From positions 40,865 through 104,864 of the forward strand of contig CANQVV010000001.1 of NCBI GenBank assembly GCA_947627385.1: DNA of 64,000 nt, given 5' to 3'. The notes beneath the pieces are model-generated. The model was not told the DNA's origin, made no database searches, and saw nothing but the letters and a program-made list of their open reading frames with translations. Of the stretch, positions 1 through 10,410 are shown in pieces (the stretch's first letter is position 1; each line of letters starts with the position of its first letter). A program made the translations under genes and the position numbers. The stretch is from an uncultured Bacilli bacterium. GTDB lineage: Bacteria > Bacillota_I > Bacilli_A > RF39 > UBA660.

Positions 1-107
1 GTCAAGATTTTATTTTATTTTTGTTGATAACTTATATAAAATTTTAAATAAAAAAAGAAGTTAAGTAATTAACTTCCAAATGATACAAGATCGTAATTTA
101 TATCTAT

Positions 108-1073
108 TTAATTTAAATAAAGTTTTCTTTTTACGGGCATAATACCACTTATTGATGGATCTATTAAAACATCTCTATCTAATATATTAAATAATGCCTC
201 AGCATAGTTATCTTTATCAAGATAATTTATTACACTATAAAATATTCTAATTGCATGAAGCATTAAAAATAAATTACCATTAGTTTTTTCAATTAATTTT
301 AAAATATCAGCATCATTAAATATAAAACGGATTCGTAAATTAAATGGTGGCTTTTTTAAATATAAATTACCATTCATAATATGGGCATCTAAAATATTAC
401 AAACTGTATCAATATTTTGACTATAATTAGTATATATAACTGTGTTATGTTTTTCTAAATTAGCCATTTGATTTAAATTTTTGATATCTGATACTGCTAC
501 TACAACTCTTAAATAATCTTTTAATGTATTAAATAAAAAGGTTTGATAAATATTATTAGAACTATGTTCTTTATCAAAATTATCGATAACTAAGGTAATA
601 TTTTTAAAATCTAAACAATGAGTTAACAAATTTAAAAATTCTTCTAATAATATTTGGGGATTATTAACATATTCTTTGGGAATACGAGTATTGTTTAAAT
701 TATAATTATGAGTACTAAGCATTACTCTAAGATCAAACATAATTGTATCTATTTTTTTGATAAAAAGGCCCAAATAAATATTTAAAACTTTGGAATAATT
801 TTCTTGAATATAAGTGATCATTGATTTAATCATCATACAAATATAATATAATTCATTTAAATCTTTATTAGGTAAATAAAAAATACTAGGTTGTGGTGTA
901 GCATCAATTACAGGCGTAATAAAATTATTATTTTCTTGAACATAATTTTCCAAAACTGTTGATTTACCACTACCAGGTAAACCAGCTAAAATGATTCCAT
1001 TTTGTTTACTATCTTCAATTTTATAAATTACTTCTTTTATTACTTTTTCATCAATATTTTTTAATTTATTCAT
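108..1073 (-). CDS. P-loop NTPase of unknown function (Walker A GLPGSGKST)
   Basis: 321 aa ORF with a Walker A motif near the N-terminus. No recognisable PilB/GspE signature. Confidence 0.5.
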   Translation of the reverse strand: MNKLKNIDEKVIKEVIYKIEDSKQNGIILAGLPGSGKSTVLENYVQENNNFITPVIDATPQPSIFYLPNKDLNELYYICMMIKSMITYIQENYSKVLNIYLGLFIKKIDTIMFDLRVMLSTHNYNLNNTRIPKEYVNNPQILLEEFLNLLTHCLDFKNITLVIDNFDKEHSSNNIYQTFLFNTLKDYLRVVVAVSDIKNLNQMANLEKHNTVIYTNYSQNIDTVCNILDAHIMNGNLYLKKPPFNLRIRFIFNDADILKLIEKTNGNLFLMLHAIRIFYSVINYLDKDNYAEALFNILDRDVLIDPSISGIMPVKRKLYLN

Positions 1074-1127
1074 AATTATCCCTTTATTGCTTAGATATTA
1101 TATATAATTTTTATTAGTAAGTAAAGA

Positions 1128-1706
1128 TTATTTTAATAAAAATTTTAAAGAATTAAATATAATTGGTGATACATAATATAAAACTATATCAATTATAAAA
1201 ATTATTAATATAGAATATAAACATTTACGAAAATTAATTAATATTTTTTTACTAGTTTCACTATTTTTATATAATAAATAACCAATAACATACCTAGAAA
1301 TATTAATTACTTTATAAGTGAAGAAAACAATTAAAATAAAAACTAATAATTTATTAATTAATAAGTATAAGAAAAAATATATTATGCCTTTAATTTTAAA
1401 ACTAGCATAAAAAATATTAAGTAAAAATCCCCAAGATATTCCCTCATAGAAAATATAAAAGATAGATAAAAATATACCAATACCAAAGAAAGATGAAATT
1501 AATAAAGTAGATAAAATTATTAAATTTTTTAAAATAGCATTATATTTAAAAGTATTAAAATTAGCTAAGGTATTAAGAATATCATTTTTAGTATTATTAT
1601 CTAAAAGTTGATAATAAATAATACCAAGTAAAATGCCAATTAAAACAATTGTTACGACAAATAATAAGTACTTTTTGTGTTTCATAATTAATTTTTGCAT
1701 ATTCAT
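1128..1706 (-). CDS. spoIIM: stage II sporulation protein M-like membrane protein (SpoIIM/DUF95)
   Basis: 192 aa polytopic membrane protein. Size and TM layout resemble B. subtilis SpoIIM. Assigned from memory of that family. Confidence 0.5.
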   Translation of the reverse strand: MNMQKLIMKHKKYLLFVVTIVLIGILLGIIYYQLLDNNTKNDILNTLANFNTFKYNAILKNLIILSTLLISSFFGIGIFLSIFYIFYEGISWGFLLNIFYASFKIKGIIYFFLYLLINKLLVFILIVFFTYKVINISRYVIGYLLYKNSETSKKILINFRKCLYSILIIFIIDIVLYYVSPIIFNSLKFLLK

Positions 1707-1871
1707 CTCCTCTAAAAAATATGCAAATACACTTTAAAAAATACCAAATATATGATATATTTGGTATATTGAAGGAGCGATTATTGATGAATAAAAAAAC
1801 TAGAAAATTATTAGTATGGATTATGCTTTTATTAATGGTTGCTAGTGCTATTGCCGGAATTATTGTTTATT

Positions 1872-2639
1872 TTATATCATAAAGAAAACAAGTAAACGGG
1901 AAAATTTTTCTATAAAGATAAACACTATTGTAGAAGCTGCAATTAAAAATGGACCATATGGAAGTTCATTTTTTTTGAGCAAATATATTGATGCAATTGC
2001 ATAAGGCATTGCTAAAAAAGCAGAAAAAACAATGGTTATTAATCCTAAATAAAAGCCATAATAACCATATCCTAAGGACACGCCAATTATAAAACAAAGT
2101 TTAATGTCCCCGCCTCCTAAGGATTCTCTTTTAAAGATTTTATCACCAATTATTTTAACAATATACATAAAAACAAATAATATTATTCCATAAATAATAG
2201 CTAAAAACATTCCTTTAAGACCAACTTCAAAATATTTTATTATTATAAGTAAAATTCCACTAATAATAAGAGGACTATCTAAAATAATCATATATTTTAA
2301 ATCACTAATAAAGATAATTAAAGTTAGAGATACTAAAACAAGATAAGTAGCATAATCTAGTGTTAAACCATAATAATAATATCCCCAAAGAAATAATAAA
2401 CCACTAATTATTTCTACAATAAAATGCTCAATAGCAATTTTTTGACCACAATGTCGACATTTTCCTAACTGAAAAATATAAGATAATATTGGGATTAATT
2501 CATACCATTTTAAAACTGTATGACAATGATCACATCTACTTCTACTAGTAATGATATTTTCTCTTAAAGGAAGTCTTGTTCCTACTACTAAATAAAATGA
2601 TCCTAAAATTGCTCCGACTATAAATGCTAACAAAATCAT
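1872..2639 (-). CDS. prepilin peptidase (A24 family, PilD/ComC-like)
   Basis: N-terminal CxxC...CxxC zinc motif (CDHCHTVL...CRHCGQKI) followed by a polytopic membrane domain. Confidence 0.8.
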   Translation of the reverse strand: MILLAFIVGAILGSFYLVVGTRLPLRENIITSRSRCDHCHTVLKWYELIPILSYIFQLGKCRHCGQKIAIEHFIVEIISGLLFLWGYYYYGLTLDYATYLVLVSLTLIIFISDLKYMIILDSPLIISGILLIIIKYFEVGLKGMFLAIIYGIILFVFMYIVKIIGDKIFKRESLGGGDIKLCFIIGVSLGYGYYGFYLGLITIVFSAFLAMPYAIASIYLLKKNELPYGPFLIAASTIVFIFIEKFSRLLVFFMI

Positions 2640-2647
2640 AAATACTC

Positions 2648-4210
2648 CTACATAATATCTTCATACATACCAAACATTGGTACAACAACAGCAATTATTA
2701 TTCCACCTACTACTAAGGCTAAAACACTTATTAAAATAGGTTCAATAAAAGATTTTAAATTATTGACAACATTACGATGAAGACCTTGATAATATTCACT
2801 AACTTTTTGCATCATTTCATCAAGTTCACCAGTTGATTCACCAGTAACAATCATAAAATAAGCTACATCAGGAACGGCCCAATGATCTTTAAAAGCCTCC
2901 GATATTTTTTCACCTTTAACAATATTATTGATGGTTCTAAACAATATACCTTTATAAATTTCATTATTAGTTATTTTACTTAAAATATCAATACTTTCGG
3001 TAATAAAAACATTATTTCTTAAAAGAGAAGCAAAAGTTTTAGTAAATATTGTCAGTTCATTATAAATAATAATATCTTTGATAACGGGAATATGCATAAA
3101 TAAAATTTGTAAATTTCTTCTAAATGGTTTTACATTTTTATAAGCCACGATAATAATTATTATAGTTAATATAATTATTGCTGAAATTGCTACAATATTG
3201 TTCTTTAAAAAGTTACTAAAATTAATAACAAATGCTGTTAAACCATTTAACTCTAAATCGTTTTTTTCATAAGTTTCCACAAATTTTGGAATAATAAATA
3301 TTAAGATAAAAGTTACTACTGCTAAGGCAAAAACACTAATAATTGCCGGATATGTCATGGCACTTTTCATTTGTTTACGAGTATCATCAACCTCAGTATA
3401 ATAATTAGCCATATCATCCAAAGTATCAGTTAAAGTACCACTAGCTTCGGCAGCTTTAATCATATTAATTAAAAGAGGTGGAAAAATATTACCTTGTTTT
3501 TCTAAGGCAGTTGAGAATGTTGCTCCTAGGGTAAGTTCATAAGAAATAGCTTGAAATACCCGCATTTTACTTTTCTTCTTAGAAACTTGTTTGGAAAGTA
3601 TTTTAACAGAATCATTTAAAGGGATACCTGCTTTTAAATAAGTTGATAATTGAGTTAACCAAAATATTAATTCTTTGGTACTCATTTTAGGACTACCAAT
3701 TGATGATTCTTTATATAAGAAATTAATCATTGGACTAGTCTTAATACTATAAACAGTATAGCCTTCATTAACTAAAAAAGCATTAATATCTAGTTTAGAT
3801 AAACCATTCATTGTACCAGTAATAATTTTACCATTCTTATCCCGAACTTTAAAACGATAAACATTAACTTCTTTACTTCGAGTAGCTCCGGTTGTTTGTA
3901 AATCACGGACTAATTCTTTATAATCTTGTTCTAGTTTAGCCAAAGTTTTAGCACTATAATTATAAACTTTTTCTTTTTTCCGGCGTTTATCATCATCCTC
4001 ATAAATAGTACCATAAGCTTCCTTAGTTCTTTTATAGCCTTTACCTAATCGCCAAGCAAAGAAATTGTATAAATAAACAAATAAATCATAAGTACTAGCT
4101 TTAAGGCCAATTAAAGCATAAGAAAAAATATAAAAAGGTAATAATAAAATATTTTTAAAAATATCGGTTATGGAAATATGTTTTTTTTCACTTTTATCCT
4201 TTTCTTCCAT
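2648..4210 (-). CDS. type II secretion / type IV pilus platform protein (GspF/PilC family)
   Basis: Cytoplasmic N-domain motif YRFKVRDKNGKIITG...EGYTVYSIK, then two T2SSF repeats. The first ~100 codons of the ORF may lie upstream of the true start. Confidence 0.75.
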   Translation of the reverse strand: MEEKDKSEKKHISITDIFKNILLLPFYIFSYALIGLKASTYDLFVYLYNFFAWRLGKGYKRTKEAYGTIYEDDDKRRKKEKVYNYSAKTLAKLEQDYKELVRDLQTTGATRSKEVNVYRFKVRDKNGKIITGTMNGLSKLDINAFLVNEGYTVYSIKTSPMINFLYKESSIGSPKMSTKELIFWLTQLSTYLKAGIPLNDSVKILSKQVSKKKSKMRVFQAISYELTLGATFSTALEKQGNIFPPLLINMIKAAEASGTLTDTLDDMANYYTEVDDTRKQMKSAMTYPAIISVFALAVVTFILIFIIPKFVETYEKNDLELNGLTAFVINFSNFLKNNIVAISAIIILTIIIIIVAYKNVKPFRRNLQILFMHIPVIKDIIIYNELTIFTKTFASLLRNNVFITESIDILSKITNNEIYKGILFRTINNIVKGEKISEAFKDHWAVPDVAYFMIVTGESTGELDEMMQKVSEYYQGLHRNVVNNLKSFIEPILISVLALVVGGIIIAVVVPMFGMYEDIM

Positions 4211-4309
4211 CTTATGCTACTCCCTTATTTTATCTATTTTTTATTATAGCATAAATATATTAGTGTTTCTAGTCTAAAAAAAGCATAAAATATATTAGGT
4301 GATTTATTT

Positions 4310-4588
4310 ATGTTTGGACCAAGAAGTATATTACCTACTTTTTCACTAACAAAAATGCTTGGTGGCTTATCTAAAACTCTTGGAGTTGTCAATCAAATTA
4401 TCCCCATTTATAAAGAAGCTAAACCAATGATTAGTAATGCTCGAAATGCAATAAGTTTAATTAAAGAATTTGGTAATACTACAACTAATAAAGTAATGAC
4501 TAATACCGCTAAAAATTTAGGACCAATCAAAGAAAAAATAAACAATATAAATATTAGCAATCAAAAAGGTCCTACTTTCTTTCAATAA
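4310..4588 (+). CDS. small hypothetical protein (92 aa), Asn/Thr/Lys-rich
   Basis: Good RBS (AGGTGAT, 6 nt, ATG). No recognisable domain. Confidence 0.35.
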   Translation: MFGPRSILPTFSLTKMLGGLSKTLGVVNQIIPIYKEAKPMISNARNAISLIKEFGNTTTNKVMTNTAKNLGPIKEKINNINISNQKGPTFFQ

Positions 4589-5192
4589 GACCTTTAAGTA
4601 ATAAATTATCTAATTTTAAATGCAGTTTTTTTAAAGCTGGTACTTTACTTATAATTTCATTATTCTTATCAATTAAATATTGATAATATTCATCATTATT
4701 ACTTATACCAAATTTTAATTCTTTATAATTAAGTCTTTGTTTACCTATATTACATAATAATATAATATAATAATGTCCTTTTTCTAAGATAGCTTTTTCA
4801 TCAATTATTTTATATCCTCTTTTATTTAGTTCTTTTCTTAATCGATAATGTTCATTATTACTAGCAAGAACTAATCTAGAAGGAGTTTTTTTATGTTCAA
4901 TTATTTTTAAAATATTACTTGTACCCATGCCAGCAATAACGGCAGTTGTTATATTTACATCAATATTCTCAAAACCATCTGATAAAAAACTTTGAATATC
5001 TAAATGATATTTTTTAAAATTATTTTGAGCTACACTTAATGCTTGTTTAGAAATATCACTCACATATACTTCTTGACATAAATTATGTTGTTTTAAATAG
5101 ATAGCTAAATAACCATGATCACAACCAACATCTAAGACTATATCCTTAGTACTTATTTCATCAGCTAAGGCTTTTATTCTTTCACTATTCAT
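4572..5192 (-). CDS. trmK: tRNA (adenine22-N1)-methyltransferase TrmK
   Basis: SAM-MTase motif VLDVGCDHGYL. Conserved position directly downstream of sigA, as yqfN in Bacillus. Confidence 0.8.
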   Translation of the reverse strand: MNSERIKALADEISTKDIVLDVGCDHGYLAIYLKQHNLCQEVYVSDISKQALSVAQNNFKKYHLDIQSFLSDGFENIDVNITTAVIAGMGTSNILKIIEHKKTPSRLVLASNNEHYRLRKELNKRGYKIIDEKAILEKGHYYIILLCNIGKQRLNYKELKFGISNNDEYYQYLIDKNNEIISKVPALKKLHLKLDNLLLKGLIERK

Positions 5193-6298
5193 TAGTTATC
5201 TAGAAAATCTTTCAATTTCTTAGCTCTTGATGGATGTCTTAATTTTCTTAGAGCTTTGGCTTCAATTTGTCTTATTCTTTCTCTGGTGACATTAAATCTT
5301 TTGCCAACATCTTCTAAGGTATGACAAGTGCCATCGATAAGACCAAATCTAAGTTCAAGAACTTCTTGTTCTCTTGGTTGTAATGTTTGTAACACATCTT
5401 TAATTTCTTCTTTTAAAATTTCATTTTCAGTATATTCCTCTGGTGATAAACTGCTTTCATCTTTTAAGAAATCTCCTAAATGTGAATCATCTTCTTCCCC
5501 AATTGGAGTTTCTAATGAAACTGGTTCTTGACTAATTTTGATAACTTCTCTAACTTTATCAACAGAAATTCCCATCTTTTTAGCAATTTCTTCATCAGAA
5601 GGTTCACGATTAAGTTCCAAAGTCATTTGTCTTTGTACTCTAACCATCTTATTAATTGTTTCAACCATGTGAACTGGTACTCTTATAGTTCGAGCTTGAT
5701 CAGCAAGAGCTCTGGTAATAGCTTGTCTTATCCACCAAGTAGCATAGGTTGAAAATTTATAACCCTTATCATAGTCAAATTTTTCAACAGCTTTCATTAA
5801 ACCAATATTACCTTCTTGAATTAAATCTAAGAATAGAAGTCCCCGACCAACATAACGTTTAGCAATACTAACAACCAAACGTAAATTAGATTCAGCTAAA
5901 ATTCTTTTAGCTTCTTCATCACCATCAGCAATTCGAATACTAATATTCATTTCTTCTTCGGAAGAAAGTAAACTAATTCGACCAATTTCTTTTAAATACA
6001 TTCTAACTGGATCATTAATATTAACATCTTTGGTTATTTCATTATCATCTAAAATAATTGGCTCTGTTTCTAATTCAGCTGGATTTTCCCCAGCATCAGT
6101 AGCATCCTCAGCATCTTCCTCTGTAATAACTGTAATTCCTGCATCAACAAAGGAATTATATAAATCATCCAAAGAATCACTATCAATATCTAAACCTTTT
6201 AAGGACTCTGCTAATTCTTCAAAGGTAATAAAACCTTTTTCTTCTCCTTTTTTGATTAATTCTTCTTTTCTTTCTGCAAATGTTTTAATTTCTACCAT
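5192..6298 (-). CDS. rpoD: RNA polymerase primary sigma factor SigA/RpoD
   Basis: Regions 1.2 to 4.2 recognisable ([38 protein letters not shown]). dnaG-rpoD synteny. Confidence 0.95.
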   Translation of the reverse strand: MVEIKTFAERKEELIKKGEEKGFITFEELAESLKGLDIDSDSLDDLYNSFVDAGITVITEEDAEDATDAGENPAELETEPIILDDNEITKDVNINDPVRMYLKEIGRISLLSSEEEMNISIRIADGDEEAKRILAESNLRLVVSIAKRYVGRGLLFLDLIQEGNIGLMKAVEKFDYDKGYKFSTYATWWIRQAITRALADQARTIRVPVHMVETINKMVRVQRQMTLELNREPSDEEIAKKMGISVDKVREVIKISQEPVSLETPIGEEDDSHLGDFLKDESSLSPEEYTENEILKEEIKDVLQTLQPREQEVLELRFGLIDGTCHTLEDVGKRFNVTRERIRQIEAKALRKLRHPSRAKKLKDFLDN

Positions 6299-6301
6299 TT
6301 T

Positions 6302-8053
6302 CTACACTTCCTTTTTTACATCCATCATTTTTTTATGAATAGCAATTTGCTTATTAATATTTTCTATTTGTTCATTTATATCAATAGAATTATTTATTTT
6401 TTCTTTTATTTTATTAATATCATCTTGCTCCAATAATTTAATCGTCGCATTTAAATAATCTAAAAATTCCCTATCATCTAATTCTTCTATTTCTACTATT
6501 CCACTTATATTATTAACAAATTCTCTAATTTTATCGTCTGATTCAGCATAACTTAAAAAATCAGCCAAATTTATTTTACCATATTTTTTTATATAATATT
6601 CAATTTCTGTAATTAAATATCTTTCCAAAGGATTTTTTAAATATCCTAATTTGCTATTAAACATTTTTAGATATTTTTTATCACTCATTAAATAATATAA
6701 AAGATAATTAACACAAGTAGTATATTTATCTTTTTTAGATAAAGTTATATCTTTTTTTATTATTAATGGTTTATTTTTATTATCAAAATTAATTTCTTGT
6801 TTTAATATTTCATAATCTATATCATATTCTTTACTTAATTTTTTTAAAGTAATTTCTTTCGTTAAATTATCACTATTATCAAGCATTTTTAATACTGATT
6901 TTATATAATTAATTAATTCATCAGTATTATTCAAATTTTTATTTTCTTTTAATTGCAATAATTTATAATCAAAGAAATCAATACTATGTTTAATTGTATC
7001 TTGAAAAGCCTCTATGCCAAATTTAACAATATATTCATCTGGATCTTTGGCTCCCTTTAATCTTACTACTCTAACTTCTAAATTATTTTTTATTAATTCA
7101 TCCCCAACATTTAAAGTAGCCATTTCCCCAGCATTGTCATTATCAAGCATTAATATAATTGGTACTCTTAGTTTTTTCAATATTTCTATTTGTTCTTTGG
7201 TTATAACTGTTCCCATTAAAGCTAAAACATTTTTTATACCACTAGAATGCATTCTAATCGCATCCATATTACCTTCGACTATAATAGCACATTTACTTTC
7301 ATGAATATATTTTTTAGCATTATAATAATTAAAAATAATATTGCCCTTTTTATAAATTATAGTTTCTTTGGTATTTACATATTTAGCACTATCTTCACCA
7401 TTAAATATTCGTCCCGTAAAGCCAACAACTTCTCCATTTAAATTAGTAATTGGTATCATTATTCGATTAACAAATTTATCATATCCTGTTAAACCATCTT
7501 TATTTATAAGACCTAATTCTTCTAATTTATTAATATCATATTTTTTCTTTGTTAAAACATTATATAAATAAGTATTATCAGGAAGAGCTAAACCAATTTG
7601 AAATTCTTTAATAATTTCTTCATTAATACTTCTTTCTTTTAAATATTCTTTGGCTTTAATTCCTTCTTTACTATTTAAATTATTTTGAAATATTTTCGAA
7701 GCAAAATCCATTATTTCATATTCTTTTTGATACTTACTAACTGTTTTTTTAGTTTCCGTATATTGAAGAGGAATCCCTACTTTATCAGCAACTTTTTTAA
7801 CAGCTTCCATAAAAGAAATATTTTCATAATCTTTTACAAATGTAAAAACATTACCTCCCTTATTGCAAACAAAACATTTAAATAATTGTCTTTCTTTTGA
7901 TACTGACATACTTGGGGTATGATCATCATGAAATGGACATTTACCAAAATAATTCTTACCTTGCATTTTAAGAGGTATATAATCAGATATAATACTAACA
8001 ATATCTGCTGAATTTCTTATTTCATTAATTTTATCTTCTTCTATGAATTGCAT
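6302..8053 (-). CDS. dnaG: DNA primase DnaG
   Basis: Zinc ribbon CPFHDDHTPSMSV...CFVC, TOPRIM domain EGNMDAI. Sits upstream of rpoD. Confidence 0.95.
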   Translation of the reverse strand: MQFIEEDKINEIRNSADIVSIISDYIPLKMQGKNYFGKCPFHDDHTPSMSVSKERQLFKCFVCNKGGNVFTFVKDYENISFMEAVKKVADKVGIPLQYTETKKTVSKYQKEYEIMDFASKIFQNNLNSKEGIKAKEYLKERSINEEIIKEFQIGLALPDNTYLYNVLTKKKYDINKLEELGLINKDGLTGYDKFVNRIMIPITNLNGEVVGFTGRIFNGEDSAKYVNTKETIIYKKGNIIFNYYNAKKYIHESKCAIIVEGNMDAIRMHSSGIKNVLALMGTVITKEQIEILKKLRVPIILMLDNDNAGEMATLNVGDELIKNNLEVRVVRLKGAKDPDEYIVKFGIEAFQDTIKHSIDFFDYKLLQLKENKNLNNTDELINYIKSVLKMLDNSDNLTKEITLKKLSKEYDIDYEILKQEINFDNKNKPLIIKKDITLSKKDKYTTCVNYLLYYLMSDKKYLKMFNSKLGYLKNPLERYLITEIEYYIKKYGKINLADFLSYAESDDKIREFVNNISGIVEIEELDDREFLDYLNATIKLLEQDDINKIKEKINNSIDINEQIENINKQIAIHKKMMDVKKEV

Positions 8054-8093
8054 ATTTTTGCCCCTCTAATTATATATATTATCCCTATATAGT

Positions 8094-8864
8094 CTATTTC
8101 CTTTTTTTTGAAGACATTTTTTGTAATTTTTGACAACTTTCGTCATATTTTAATAATAATTGAGCACTTTTCTCTTGATGAGCTGTCATTTCTTCTTCTG
8201 ATACTTTGGCTTTGGCCATCTCTAAAAGTTTTAAATAATCATCTTCATTTGTTTCTAAATCCTCTTGTAATATTCTAACAATTTGGATAGCTATATTTTC
8301 TGGCATACCATCTGGAACAGTACCACAACTAATATAAAAATCAATAACATTTTGAGCAGCATACTCTTCTGATAAAACGGCATCTTGCTCTTTACCAAAG
8401 ATTCTATTATAAAGATTAATTGAATTATCACTTACTTTTTTAGTAATAAAAGTCATGCAATTACCTGTAATTCGATCACATTTTGCAAAAACATCTCTAA
8501 ATTCTACTAAACCATGTTCAAAATTTTGCTTTAAAACACTATAATTTTTGATTACGATACACATATATATGCCAAGAATGATACTAAGTGGTAAAGCAGT
8601 TATTGTAATTAAAACTGCAATCAAACCTAAACGTTTTAAAAATTTATGTACGCTTTCAGTATAATTATTCATATCAATACACGCTTCATTTATTTTTAAA
8701 GCCGCACTATATTGGCGCATTTGCAGTAAATTTAACTTTAATGCTAGTAATTGACCACGATAAAGAGTCATATCTTCCATAGACATTATCTTATTAAAAT
8801 ATGTTGATATTTCTCTTTCTACATCTTCTATTTCTTTTACTAAATCATCAAGCATGTAATCCAC
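8094..8864 (-). CDS. hypothetical membrane protein
   Basis: 256 aa with one central TM segment. No known domain. Confidence 0.4.
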   Translation of the reverse strand: MDYMLDDLVKEIEDVEREISTYFNKIMSMEDMTLYRGQLLALKLNLLQMRQYSAALKINEACIDMNNYTESVHKFLKRLGLIAVLITITALPLSIILGIYMCIVIKNYSVLKQNFEHGLVEFRDVFAKCDRITGNCMTFITKKVSDNSINLYNRIFGKEQDAVLSEEYAAQNVIDFYISCGTVPDGMPENIAIQIVRILQEDLETNEDDYLKLLEMAKAKVSEEEMTAHQEKSAQLLLKYDESCQKLQKMSSKKRK

Positions 8865-8941
8865 CCCTAAACAAGAATAATATTATACTAAAATTTAGCA
8901 AATAGTCAAGAAAAAAAGAATGGTCAAAACCATTCTCCATA

Positions 8942-9127
8942 TTAATTTTCATCCTTTGTTGCTAGTACTTGTTCACCTTTATAATTACCACATTTAGTAC
9001 ATGCTCTATGAGGTCTTAAAGGCGCGCCACATTTAGGACAAGTTGTAATTGCTCCGACTTCTTTTTTTAAATGAGTTCGACGCATATTTTTTTTAGTTTT
9101 ACTTGTTCTTCTAAAAGGAACTGCCAT
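8942..9127 (-). CDS. rpmF: 50S ribosomal protein L32
   Basis: MAVPFRRTSKTKK...CPKCG; conserved yceD-rpmF pair. Confidence 0.95.
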   Translation of the reverse strand: MAVPFRRTSKTKKNMRRTHLKKEVGAITTCPKCGAPLRPHRACTKCGNYKGEQVLATKDEN

Positions 9128-9129
9128 AA

Positions 9130-9609
9130 CTAATCATCACCTTTCAATAAATCTTCTAATTTTTTAAGACGAGGATCAATCTCATCTTGCTTATTATCTT
9201 CTCTAAAAAATTCCCAACCATCACCTTTAAGACTTTGACTTTTAGTTTGGGTATAACTAATTGGGACTTCCAATACAATATTTTGCCATAAAATTTGCTT
9301 TAAATCAAGTATATTTTCACTTTTTTGCTCATAACTTTCATAATTTTCACCAAGTTCATCAATATTTTCTTCAATATTAATATCAATAGGATATAATACT
9401 TCTTCTAAGGAAATAGCATCAGCCAAAACTAAATTTCCTTTTACTTGACATTCTAAGATAGCATCTTGATTACTATTTAAATATACTCTACCACAAGCTT
9501 TCATATCTTTAAAATCTAATATTCTTTTATCTAAATCTTCATCCTTAACTAAATCATAATTAAAATCTATGCTATTTTTATAATTTAATTCATCTAAATT
9601 AATAATCAT
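9130..9609 (-). CDS. YceD/DUF177 family protein
   Basis: Acidic 159 aa protein directly upstream of rpmF, the usual position for this family. Confidence 0.8.
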   Translation of the reverse strand: MIINLDELNYKNSIDFNYDLVKDEDLDKRILDFKDMKACGRVYLNSNQDAILECQVKGNLVLADAISLEEVLYPIDINIEENIDELGENYESYEQKSENILDLKQILWQNIVLEVPISYTQTKSQSLKGDGWEFFREDNKQDEIDPRLKKLEDLLKGDD

Positions 9610-9711
9610 AAAAGTCTCATCTTCCTTCTTATTTCATAAGACATTATAATAAAATCTCTAAATTATTGCAAGATTTAGAAATAAATGCTAATATTTATTT
9701 AGGTGAAAAAG

Positions 9712-10002
9712 ATGTATAAATTAAAATATTATTCATTAAGTAAAGAAGAAAAAAATAAATTAAAAGAATCTTTTTATCAAACAGATATGGGCAAAGATCT
9801 TAAATATCGTTTAAATAGATTATTTATTATTGGTATTTTAGGTATTCTTTTTAGTATTTATCTTTTTATCTTCCATAGTAGTATGTGGGATATATATATT
9901 GGTGTTATTTTAACAATTGCTAGTATTATATTTATTATTGGCAGTTTTAAAGTAAGAATTCAAAAATTAAATGATTATTTAGTTAAAAATAAAAGGAAAT
10001 AA
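9712..10002 (+). CDS. small 2-TM membrane protein
   Basis: ATG at 9712 preceded by AGGTGA. Two hydrophobic helices. Confidence 0.4.
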   Translation: MYKLKYYSLSKEEKNKLKESFYQTDMGKDLKYRLNRLFIIGILGILFSIYLFIFHSSMWDIYIGVILTIASIIFIIGSFKVRIQKLNDYLVKNKRK

Positions 10003-10035
10003 ATTAAATTATTTCTTTTTTAATACAATAATATT

Positions 10036-10410
10036 ATGAGAGATATACCCAGAGATTTAAAATTACTAAAAGAAGAAGATATTATTTGGTACATATATTA
10101 TTTTATTGTTACCTTTGCTTTAATTGCTAATAGTTTTGAAGAAAAATATATATACACAAATAATAAAAATTATCGTAATAGTGGTCGAAAAATTAATATT
10201 ACACTTTTAATTATTGCTTTTATAATTTATTTCTATTATACAATTATTGCTATTCAAGATTTAGATTTAGCTACAAATAATACTCCCAAAAGACAAAGAA
10301 TAGCTACGGAAAGACTTATTACAACATTGGTATTTTTAGTTGGTGGTGCTCTCTCTTTATATACCGAATTAGATGATAATGCTGGTGATGTTGATTTAGC
10401 TATCTTCTAA
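10036..10410 (+). CDS. small membrane protein
   Basis: 124 aa with three hydrophobic segments. Confidence 0.4.
   Translation: MRDIPRDLKLLKEEDIIWYIYYFIVTFALIANSFEEKYIYTNNKNYRNSGRKINITLLIIAFIIYFYYTIIAIQDLDLATNNTPKRQRIATERLITTLVFLVGGALSLYTELDDNAGDVDLAIF

Noticed and set aside
5328-7885. Multiple plus-strand ORFs (5328..5531, 5528..5752, 6030..6338, 7014..7304, 7247..7441, 7368..7571, 7685..7885)
   Set aside because: They lie entirely within rpoD/dnaG on the opposite strand. They are low-complexity Ser/Ile/Phe-rich translations typical of AT-rich antisense frames, with no RBS.
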